Shown: positions 1 to 12,000 of the stretch, piece by piece
Position numbering within the stretch: the stretch's first letter is position 1
Layout: each line of letters begins with the position of its first letter
NCBI RefSeq assembly: GCF_964204645.1
Contig: NC_134026.1
Location: 28,988,150 to 29,052,149 of the forward strand
Source of the DNA: Tubulanus polymorphus
Taxonomy: Eukaryota; Animalia; Nemertea
Length of the DNA stretch: 64,000 nucleotides
Reading direction: 5' to 3'
Program-made: the position numbers and the translations under genes
Notes under the pieces: generated by a model
What the model was told of the DNA's origin: nothing
Databases searched by the model: none
The model's input: the letters and a program-made list of their open reading frames with translations, nothing else

Positions 1-2962
1 TAGATAAAACATTAATAATGAGAACTTGATGTATGACATTCCTGCTGATTATATATCTAACTACTACAAGCGCTCCACAGTCTGGTCGGTCATACCATGG
101 ACCGCATTAAGTGATGAAACAAATGCGGTAACACGACCAACGCAAATTACCCTCAGGTGGGATCACGATACACCAGGGGGATGGGGGGGTAGGAGGGGGG
201 AGGAAAGGTCTCCAGGCAATGAAATATTCAGCACGAGAGACTAGGTTTTAAAAATAAAAGTAATTAGTCGAACCATAAGTCATTTCATATAGGCCTAAAT
301 CTATATCTACACCCAGGCTTTAAAAAGACAACGCTTCATTGAAATTCATTCAACTCGAAATCTTCAATACATAAATATGCTATCAGCAGAAAGAATAATA
401 TAATGGGCCATATCCAGGCATTTGCAATGACAATCAGGTTAGACTGTCACAATTATTAACAGTGAAATATCTAGCACAAAATGTTGCCTTGATTACCGCA
501 CATTGTCAAACACTGTTATCAACCCCATAATTCATAATACAGTTTAACCTCATACAAGACCGGATTATCATACTGTGTGTTAAAACATAGTAAAATTTCG
601 CAAATTGACACTATAGATTTCGATGAAAGAAATATCGACCCTGGATGTTTTAAAGAATTTACAAACCTTCTTTTGTCAAATAGAACATGCGACTGAACTA
701 ATTTTTCCACTGTCTATTAGACTTCGAAACTATTTCTATTCTTCAGTATAAATGACATTCTATTCTATGAGGCTACATTCACTTAATCTAAGTAAACATA
801 TCTATCATCTTCAAAATTTATCAGAATAATGCCATGTTTTTCATCATTCTGTCTTCGTGATATTTCATTTTTTAATCATTTAGATTTCATGATGTGTAGA
901 TCTCATCACTTCATAGTTCATAGACAGGCGTCAACGAAAAGGTCACGTAGTGCCTTATTGAATAAAGATACTAAAAACTACGGCAGATTTTTATGGTCTG
1001 CTCATTATTTTGATGGCGTTACAAGAATTCTGTACATTGTTCATAAGAACAAGATTGTGATGCACTCGGTGTTTGCGTCATCTGTAAAAAGAATCAACAA
1101 CGGATGCCTTGATCTCGGGGAGGTCCCTGGGAATTTTGCTAGTCATGTTTCTAATATAAGCAGAGAAATCAATGAAACATCGAGAGACTCGGCTTCAATT
1201 CAGCAATAACAATACGATTTAACTCTGAGGGAGGCAACTGTATTCAACATACGAATCAAATGTATATCTTCTGCCGCAATCATCACTCATGAGAAGTTAA
1301 TATCGCGACTTTTTTTGTTTAAATTACAGCAGGGCAATAACTGTTCGCTACGTGACGGTGAGGCACATTGAAAAATGTGGTGCAGGTAGCCTTCAAAAAC
1401 AATGGCACACCGAGCATAACATAATTACATGGGATTTCTGATCAAGGCAGCTCGAGTAATTCAATTACTGATTTTCTTCTGTAGTCTGACGGAAGTTAAC
1501 AGACCCGCCTAATCCCGTATTGTGTTTATGTTGCGGATAATAGCCCAGTTTCCCCCCAGTAAATTTCCTCTCTCCCTCTCTCTCTCTCTCTACTGTGATA
1601 ACCTGCAGTCATGTTACTGCATGAGAGATGCAGGAAAAATTCTGCCCAACCTCAATCTCTTCATAACTAATAATCATGTCAACATAACACACACCGACTA
1701 TTGGGAAAAAATACAGCTTTTGAGAATCAAAAACTGATAAATTCTATAATTCAATGCATAAGATGATGGTTTCAGTCTATAGATTAACAAATACATAACA
1801 CTTTTCTCTTATTTTGATTGACTTATAGCACAATCATTCATACATACATAACACCTATAAATAGATAAACTCTATGGGTAAACTAGTGATTATCACCGTC
1901 CTCACCCATCCCCCTCCCACATCATCAGACAATGTTACTCATTCGAAACTATCTACTCTTCATTCTAGTTGAATCACCTAATTGATAGACCAAACTGCTG
2001 CAAGGACAAATACTAAACCTGGCCCGGTTAAAATTGCATTTAACTCACTGATTACCAAGATTCTAAATCAAATCAAGAAATTTCTTCAGTCAAATTGACT
2101 ATCATTTTCAAATGTGCCCAGTTAGATTTTTCTTATTACGATCGAGTCTAAGAGAATAACCGCTTCACAATTTACGAGGCAGGTTTAATCAAACATATGT
2201 TTTAAGGTAGCCATGAACATAGGACATTATCCGGTGAAGACAATTACTAACAATTACACCGATGCAAGAGTTAGTAATAATACCTCAGCATTAAAAAAAA
2301 AATAATTTTGATACCTACATACACTAGATGATCATCAGACCGGCTGCCTTAGATTCAACGAGTTACTGCAGACAACACTGTTTCCATAGCAACTCATAAC
2401 ACAGTCAGTGACTCTAAAATAATCCTGAAAGATTACCTTATTGCTGCACACCTTGAAAAAGACCTAAATTAAACGTCCAGACGCATTGTCAATGATCTGT
2501 AAGACGTGACACTGAAGCTATGGATCATATCCAGGGATAGAATCGAGCGCTAACCATAAACCTCAGTTGCTTAATAACTAGTTGATCGCTAAAGATGAAT
2601 TCTGAAAATACCTCACAGAATGACAACAGCGACTTTCACATACTATGTTAATCAGAACGTTTTAAATTTAGTCCCTTCCGATTTAGAATGGATCAAGCGT
2701 TCTACTAGGGAAGAGCCTGTTCTAATTTGGTCCATTCGATTTAAGAAGGGACCAATTTAGACGGACTAATTCTCTACTTTCTCAAATTATAGAACGGGTG
2801 CGTTCTAAATGTTCGATGTTTGAACTACACAGAGTCTGTCGAATCAGGTCCTGCCTTTAGGGTATTTGTAAAAGGATACACATCTCTCATTTCATCTATT
2901 CGCCTTGTCGTTAGTATATCCCTTATGTCTATAATCTATAAATAAAGAAATCAAAAATATTA

Positions 2963-3175
<213 letters not shown>

Positions 3176-3985
3176 TTAGGTTATTTTATCATAAAAAGCA
3201 CATTTTTTTATGAAACGCCATAGAAAGAGAAATAGGCTTCATAACACCGCACGGAGGATACAAAAACCTGAAGATAATCCTAGCATATAAAATTGCACAT
3301 GACGGTCTATAAATCAAGAGTTAAAAAATAAATCCTGTAAGATTTATAAATCATGAAAAATCAACTAATCTCTGTGTAGGTGTAAAATCACTGAGTACCA
3401 GCTGATACAAACCCTGTTGTTTACTGCAAACCTTTCAATAAATGCTAATAAGTTAACATCCTACGCAAGTAACACAATATTTCAAAATGGTGACCTCATG
3501 GTTGTTTACCAAAATTATTACGCTTTCGAAACTAGATTTGCCTTTCTTTCTTTGCATTCCGACTTACTTGATAAAAACATATAAGTATTGTACAATGTAT
3601 TGTGATAAGAATAACAATAATATTGACTGTGGAAAGAAATGATCAGAATTCACACAATGATATCTTGGTTTACTTTGATCAATTGGCTCCGGACTCTGAC
3701 TCCTCTACTTTAGGGCTTATTTTTTTCCTCAAAGTTCTACTTAGACTTAGAGCCAATTTTGGTTTGGTGCCTTAAGTTCCAGACAGAGTAAATTGTATTG
3801 ATGCAGTGCATTCTGTGCCACCTACAGACAACACACCACACAAACGAGTCATCGAGTTTATGTGGTGGTGGTGTCTACTCAACTCAGATTCGAGGAAGTG
3901 ACGGACGGACGGAGAAATTGCAGAAATATACGACTATTTATACACTTCCATGAACTTGAAATCTAAAAGTTTTATAATTACTTAC

Positions 3986-4095
3986 ACCACCATTCCATAG
4001 GCTCCTTCGCCAATGTACGTCAAATCATAATAACGAGGTCCAACCTCGAAAATTTGGCCCTTTACGACCTCCGCAGGAGCACCTACCGCCGCCAT
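3986..4095 (-). CDS. MAPK1: ERK1/2-type MAP kinase, first coding exon (gene continues beyond left edge)
   Basis: Reverse strand reads [36 protein letters not shown] then a GTAAG donor (phase 2). This closely matches the ERK2 N-terminus and Gly loop ([26 protein letters not shown]). Absent from the ORF track. No convincing exon 2 found in 1-3985. Confidence 0.93.
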
Positions 4096-4209
4096 GATGT
4101 CAATTTACGATCAGATGATTGATCGCTCTACGTCATTGGTTTGTGTGTGAAACGTCATCGTCGCTAATTGGTTCATGACGTCAGTGCGCAATATTTTGAT
4201 TGAAACAAA
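4096..4209. promoter_or_regulatory. Very short bidirectional promoter between ERK and EMG1
   Basis: 114 bp between divergent ATGs; full CRE TGACGTCA at 4176-4183, further ACGTCA half sites and ATTGG (reverse CCAAT) boxes; both ATGs lie in an ATGGCGGC (YY1-like) context. Confidence 0.75.
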
Positions 4210-5640
4210 ATGGCGGCCCCCATGTCGGAGCGTGATGAGGATAAAATTCGACTTCCAAACCATTTGAGGAAGTTACATGACCGTGATCAAGCAAAAAGAC
4301 TAATTGTAGTGTTGGAAAATGCATCTCTTGAAACTGTGAAAGTGAGAAAATAGAAATTATTTATTGTGAATTGTGCAAAAATAGCTAAAAACTGCCGTTT
4401 CCGAGTTCAGTCAATTCAAATTACAAATCAATGTATTGTAGTTTATTGACGCAGATTATATCTAACATTTTTAACAAAGGTTGTAAATCATTTATTTGTA
4501 CTTTTTCAAAAAGGTGGGAAAAAATTTTGAGCTGCTTACCTGTGATAAACATAAAAAGTTGATGGCAAAATTCAAAAGAGATCCAGCAGTGATGCGACCA
4601 GATATTGCTCATCAGGTAATATTGATGGGGTCAATCATTCATAACAAATTTAAGTAATTGTTTGTGACATGTAGAATACTTTAAACTGTTTACTTATTCA
4701 ATTCAATCGAAGAATTGATCGTTCATCCAGTATCTTATTTGCAGTGTTTGCTGATGCTCATGGACAGTCCTCTGAACCGTGCTGGTCTATTGCAAGTTTA
4801 CATACGAACAGCAAAAAATGTTCTCATTGAAATTAACCCGCAAACTCGAATTCCCAGGACTTTCGATAGGTTTTGTGGACTCATGGGTGAGCTAATGTTC
4901 CATAGTAATATCAGCTGAAGGCTGGTAGTCAATTGTGAAGTTTTAAAATCTCTTTTTTATCATGTACATTTTAGTTCAGCTGTTACACAAACTCAGTATT
5001 CACTCTGCTGATGGAAATCAAAAATTACTTAAGGTAATTTTGTTTTATATGACTAGTAGGCCTACTGACCAGAAAAAGACATTTTGTTGATTTCATTGCT
5101 GGGGCTAGATCCGGGGCCAATGTGAAGGTCTTACCAAATGTATGTACCGATATGGCTAATGTATCTACAAAGTGGTGCTCTTTAATCTTAAATTTTTGAG
5201 AGTAAGGTATTACAAAAGTCTCATGAGATCCCCTTGGGTTGGATCTACACCCGATTGCACTCAGGATTCACATGTGTATTAATTTCAGGTGATTAAGAAT
5301 CCTGTATCACAGCATTTACCTACTGGATGTATGAAAGTAGCTATGTCCTTTAGTGCAAAGCAAGTGGTTGAACCCAAAACTTTAGTTCCTGAAGATGCAC
5401 CAATAGTTATTGTAATTGGGGCTATGGCACATGGAAGTGTAAGTAATGAATGTGAAATCGTTTGGACCCACAAATTTGTGTTTTGTAAGAAAGAAGAAAA
5501 TTTTATTTTCATCGTTTTTATTTTAGGTTGATGTGGATTATACAGAAAAGACATATTCCATTAGTAATTATCCACTATCTGGGGCTCTGACTTGTGCCAA
5601 GATTTGTAATGCATTTGAAGAAGTCTGGAAAATTTTATAG
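4210..5640 (+). CDS. EMG1: 18S rRNA pseudouridine N1-methyltransferase EMG1/NEP1 (6 exons)
   Basis: Exons 4210-4341, 4514-4615, 4745-4886, 4975-5033, 5289-5438, 5527-5640, all GT-AG and in frame. Motifs [70 protein letters not shown]. Confidence 0.97.
5100..5253. mobile_element. Small MITE in EMG1 intron 4
   Basis: Imperfect TIRs (TGGGGCTAGATCC ... GGATCTACACCCG) flanked by a 5-bp direct repeat ATTGC; termini resemble the element at 7242-7599. Confidence 0.55.
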
Positions 5641-6049
5641 CAGTGTATTTATGAATAATAATCAACAATATTATACAAAAATAAATATTCGTGGTTGTAT
5701 TTCACAGCTTGTCCGATAAAATGTTTCGCCTGGTATGTGGATTTTCGGGGTTCGAACTCTATACGCGGTCGGTTGAGGTGCATGCAATAAATTGCTATGG
5801 AAAGGAACAAATTATTTTTGTGACAAGATGATGATAATTTATATACATTTGATTATGGTTTTCTGATTGACACCTAATTAAAGAGCTCTATTTCGGTGGA
5901 ACGTTCAGTGGTAGCATGGACGTATGAATTCAATTATATAATCCATTCCACATGTTCCAAGGCGGTAGTGACGTTTATGGCGCATAATTTGACGGCCCTT
6001 CTTTCTTGTGAAAAAAGCCTTCCTCCGGAGCACCGGAGTCGTTGATAAG

Positions 6050-9000
6050 ATGGGTCCTCGGCGAAAATCATATAAACTCCGACTTGCCAGCAGTGATTTT
6101 TATGAAAATCCGAATTATCAAGGTGTTAAATCTGAGGTAGGTTTGACGTCCGTTAAATGCGCAGGGGAAAATCCAGGAACAAAAATAAAACAAACAAACA
6201 AAACTGATCCGGCCTCACTGACCGTGCACAAGAAGACAGGACTTCGCCCCTGTTTTGAGCCATATAATTAGCAGCTATTCACTCCTCGGGCATAGGACGC
6301 ATTCCACATAGGGCACATTGTTTGGATTAAGAGGAGTTCCTTTATGAGTCAACTACAGATAGATTTCTATAGGTAGATCAATTAGGCCTATATAGACTTC
6401 CTTCATTAGGGTGAAACATAGGTCATTCACTCATTGTGAGTTGAAAATATTTGGACAGTGAATCAAGTTCACATTTATATAAGACACACATTGCCAGAAA
6501 TGTGAACAAGCCTATTGGATTAGATTTTAATTTTGCTGTTTAGAGATGTATAAGGTAAGAATTATTTGACTAAAATTTGAAAATAATTGATAAAGCGATA
6601 AACTGGAAATCCCCTCATATGATAGAAATGACCCTATTTACAATAGAAAAGAATACCGTACCGGTATATATTTTCTATCTAATCCAGCCCCTGGTATTTC
6701 ATTTGTGAACAGAGAGAGGCTACCCTGAAGTTAGTCTGAATACCAGTCGTTGTTACCTGTTCCCTACAACGGTTGTTTGTGGAACGACAGCTAGGTACTA
6801 GACTACCCTGAAGTGACCCTTGATAATCTTTTGCAACTCATGGTATCGGAAAGATCAGGAAATTATTTCCGTGTGAAGTTCGTCAAAACCTGTTTTATTT
6901 AAATTTCCGTTTAAATTCTAGTTTGTGAAGAATGGACGCGAAGTCGGCACTTTCGATAACCCGGCGTACTACGACGCAGATGAGGGAGAGGAACACGTCT
7001 ATCAAGATCCAGTTGATCCATCTGGAATTAATCTCGCTGATAACAGCGGGAAAAATTACGGTAATTACAGTCTTCAATCAAACATCCTGAAAAAAAGATG
7101 TATAACACTGTTCACTTGGATAATCAATAGTGGCGATCATAGACCATTTGGGCCAAGTCAAACTGGCCGGGACAAGTCCTGAGTCAGATTTTGCCTGTGC
7201 CTTTCTTAGAGAGCGCATTCACACCTAAATCACTCACTCGTCAGGGGCGGATCCAGGGGGATGGGTAGACAGTATTGGAAGGATATTTAAGGGCACCTTT
7301 CTGATCTTAGGGCACACCCAGTATCCAGGTCAATGCGAGTGCCGAAGGCGCGAAGTCCTTCGAAGGGGGTATGGGGCCCTCCCCCAGAAAATTTTGAAAA
7401 TATGGTACCATTTAAAGGCTTTTAGAGGACTTCTAGAGACTAATTCAGAGCAATCCAGAATAAACGACCCTGACACGGAATTAGCGGTTGCTGAAATAAT
7501 GCCTTTAAAAATATTGCCGGTGAAATTTCGAAGGGCACTTAACAATTTATTCTAGACCGTATTGGGCAATACGGCTAATACGGTCTGGATCCGCCTCTGC
7601 TCGTTACAAAAATGCTATCATTGCTACACAAGTGAAGTGAGCACTTCCAGAACCATTGACATGTGCAAAATTTAGTACGTCTACTGACCGAAAACATCCT
7701 GGGCCAAATTGTGTCTGGGTGAAAAATGCTTGTGATATCATGGCTAATCTCTCATGTATTACGTAATTAGGTTATTATGAAGGCGTTCAACCCAATAATG
7801 ACGATGATCCTCATTTATACCAAGAATTGAACATTCGTCGACCAGTTCCAGTTTACCGGAAATCCGAGGAAAAAAGTAACTCTGGTTGTAGTTCAAAATG
7901 TATTAAAGTATCTGTTGCTGTTATGGTGATTGTTGTTCTTGCTGTCATCGCTGTTGTAGTGTACTTTTTAGGTAGGTAAAATGTTCTACGTAAGCTGGGA
8001 TTTTAGTGGGGCTTTATCCATCCTTTAACGCATAACATTGTCTTTTGGTGTCTGCAAAAATATTGAAAATCAAGCTAGATTTCTCATCAATTCACTATAG
8101 TTTACACATCTATAATCATTGTGTTAGCAATGATCAACTTAAATAATATGTATACAATATTTTGAAAGGAATGGCAAATTTTCAGAGGGGCGAATGTAAA
8201 AGTGAAAGGGGTGGCAGCTCCTCTAAATCCTCTTGTAGAAATTGCTGCTGATACCATTTGCATCTATTTTTTGTATAATATTCGTATAGCGGTATCTTGA
8301 ATAAAACTTGCAGGTTTTCACGATACTGGAACTGAAAGTACCACGACACCAGCTCCTCCTAAACCAGGTAGGTCTATACACACCATTTCAGATTGGTGCA
8401 ATGAAAAAACAATACATTTTGTTCATGGTCGATGTCATAATATTTCAGCTCCTCAATTTGAAGTGGATTTCAGAATCGATGATATGAGCTATTCTCCAGC
8501 TTTATCAAATCCTGCTAAGCAAGAATATAAGAGTTTGGCGAAAGAAGTTGAAAAAAATGTAAATAAAGCAATTCTTGTTGGATGATCATTCATTATTTTA
8601 TTGTTTGATGAACAAAACTTTCTTCTATCAATATATTTCAGTTAGATACCATCTACAAGAACAGTAATATCGGGCCATCCTATGATTATAGCAAAGTTAC
8701 ACAGTTTAGGTCAGTATTTCGAATGAAAGGTAATCTACCGGGAAGAACAAAATTCTTACCGTAGTCTACATTTGTATATTATAGCCAAGGAAGCGTAAAA
8801 GTTAAATATGATGTATTTATGAAGTCTCCACCTCCTGGAACGAAACCAACCGTAATTACAAAAGATACTATATCTCAAGTGCTTGTGAAAGAAGTGAAGG
8901 AAAAAGGCAGTTTTGGTCGCTTTTCAGTGGATCCAAATACAATCAAAGTTAAAGGTACTGGCTTAATACTAAATGTAATTTCGATGTGAAAATTGATACA

Positions 9001-12000
9001 AATTTAAAGTGTCCATTGATGATCTATTTAGACATTGTGAAAACTTCAACTGCACCAATGCCAAGTACATCTGAAATGGTTACTTCAAGTTCAACTTTAC
9101 CAAAGATGATGTCTACAACACCTGGTAAAACCTCTGACATGAGTTCAACAACACCTGTATCAGGGATGTCTACAAAACCTGGTAAAACTCCATACGTGAG
9201 TTCTACAACTCCAGGATCAAAGATGTCTACAACACCTGGTAAAACTCCATACATGAGTTCAACAACTCCAGGATCAAAGATGTCTACAACTCCTGGTAAA
9301 ACTCCATACATGAGTTCAACAACTCCAGGATCAAAGATGTCTACAACACCTGGTAAAACTCCATACATGAGTTCAACAACTCCAGGATCAAAGATGTCTA
9401 CAACACCTGGTAAAACTCCATACATGAGTTCAACAACACCGGTATCAGGGATGTCTACAACACCTGGTAAAACTCCATACATGAGTTCAACAACTCCAGG
9501 ATCAAAGATGTCTACAACACCTGGTAAAACTCCATACATGAGTTCTACAACACCGGTATCAGGGATGTCTACAACACCTGGTAAAACTCCATACATGAGT
9601 TCAACAACTCCAGGATCAAAGATGTCTACAACACCTGGTAAAACTCCATACATGAGTTCAACAACTCCAGGATCAAAGATGTCTACAACTCCTGGTAAAA
9701 CTCCATACATGAGTTCAACAACTCCAGGATCAAAGATGTCTACAACACCTGGTAAAACTCCATACATGAGTTCAACAACTCCAGGATCAAAGATGTCTAC
9801 AACACCTGGTAAAACTCCATACATGAGTTCAACAACTCCAGGATCAAAGATGTCTACAACACCTGGTAAAACTCCATACATGAGTTCAACAACACTGGTA
9901 TCAGGGATGTCTACAACACCTGGTAAAACTCCATACATGAGTTCAACAACACCAGTATCAGGGATGTCTACAACACCTGGTAAAACTCCACGCATGAGTT
10001 CAACAACACCAGGATCAAGGATGTCTACAACACCTGGTAAAACTCCAACAGCTTCAACGACTCCAGCACTAGAATCAACCACTAGTAATATCTCCCAAGG
10101 TACATATAGACTTTGTCTGAATTACTGGAGTACTTGCTTTATATATACGTGTATTATGTAAATGGCTTTGTATTTCAGCTCCTCAGTTTCAAGGAGATTT
10201 CAAGATTGATAATCTGAAATATTCTTCGGCTCTATCTGACCCTACTGGACAAGAGTATAAAAGGTTGGCAAAAGAAGTTGAAACAAATGTAAGTTCTGAT
10301 ATGTTTAGTTTTCTCCCATAAATTTTATGATATTCTAGCATATTTTTATCATAGTGCCTGTGAAGTTAATTTGTGATAAATGATCATTATTAATTGGAAA
10401 ATGTCCATATAAAAGTATTGTTCTCTTCAAATTTCAGTTGGATGTTACCTACAGGAAAAGTGCCATCGGCCAATTTTATGATCGTAGCAAAGTGAAAGAG
10501 TTTAGGTGAGTGATATATGATCTAATACTGACAGAAATTATTTGAAAACATCCTCAAATTGTATAAAAACAAATTATTGAATTTATACCTTGCAGCTCGG
10601 GCAGTGTAAAAGTCAAATATGATGTATTTATGAAGTCTCCGCCCCCTGGAACAAAACCAACCGTAATTACAGACGATACTATATCTCAAGTGCTTGTAAA
10701 AGAAGTGAATGAAAAAGGCAGTTTTGGTCGTTTTTCTGTGGATCCGAATACAATCAGATCTAAAGGTATGAGCATGCTTATGCAGTTTATTCAGGGTAGC
10801 TGAACTAGATAAAATCTTACTAGAAATAAAACGCATATTTTATGAACTTTTTTCCCAGCAGTGATTACTAAAACAACCACAACGACTCAAACTCTGATGG
10901 TAACCACTAAACCCAGTAATAACCAGACTGATCATTCGTATACTGGTGGTTGTACTGAATCTGTTATTATGGGGTCAATCAAAAACCAGTGTAATCAACA
11001 TATTTCATCATTCGTAAGCCTCGCGATTCAAGGTGAACAGAGAAAGCTTTGTGGGTAAGCAACCAATTTAATCTCGCTGATGTCGACTACGGACCTGACT
11101 ATGACTTCTATTTGAAAGCAGTTTTAAGAGCTCAACTACTCTCAAAAGATATTGAAATACTCTCAAAATTGGAATAATTTCTAGTTCATTTTCATGTTAC
11201 TTATCAAATTCTAAACTACTACAATTACAAATATCGGGTAGTCTCTAGTCTGTGACTGTGTGAAATTCATGATTTCTGACTTAAATGGTATTGCATTTTG
11301 TAGCTCTTTCAAGCGCATAGTGAAGTGTCTTGCTACTCATTCAAACTGTTCAACGATGGACATCAATACTTGGCTAATCAGAGTAGAGAATATATTCAAG
11401 ATGTCATTCAGTTTCAACATATCCGACTGTATCGGTAATAACTGTACGATGATAGCTGTGAAAGAATCAGTCGTCGGGTCTTGTTCAGTTTACTACAACA
11501 TCGTTCAAACAAATGTTAATCTTACCAAGCGACAAATTCAGAATGATCGAAGCAAGTTTTGCGAGTAAGTGAAATAATGACTTGTATGTAGGAAAACTTG
11601 CGTTAAACCGCTCCAGTCGGCAAAACGTTTGTTTAAACAAAACAGAAACTGATTGATTGTTCAAGTTTGGATGTTTTACCAAACACCCAACGCGCACTGA
11701 ACAAAAAACATATTAGACAACTCGAAAAGTTTTGGCATTTTTTGGCATAACAAAACACATCAAAAACGTTTTTCCTTGCCATGTGCATTGGGGATAAGTT
11801 GGATCCCTGATTGGAATATTATACATGTTAAACTGTATTTCAACGAAATACTAGATTTCAAAAATCTATGATTTCAGTTCGATGAATCAATTAGAACGTT
11901 GCTTGATGAAGAAACAGTGTACGAAACCTCAGCTATTGACATTGTTTCGGTCCAATCTTGAAAAATATCTGCAGCTGTTCAGAGCATTCAGTCCTTTAGA

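Noticed and set aside
1285-1320. Minus-strand KKVAI resembling ERK exon 2 (VAIKKISPF)
   Set aside because: Followed by LTSHE-stop, with no further similarity; treated as chance.
9109-10047. Regular repeat array as a possible CRISPR
   Set aside because: No unique spacers; eukaryotic coding minisatellite.
9024-10082. 352-aa minus-strand ORF
   Set aside because: Antisense shadow of the 57-bp coding repeat; the plus-strand frame splices cleanly into the gene.
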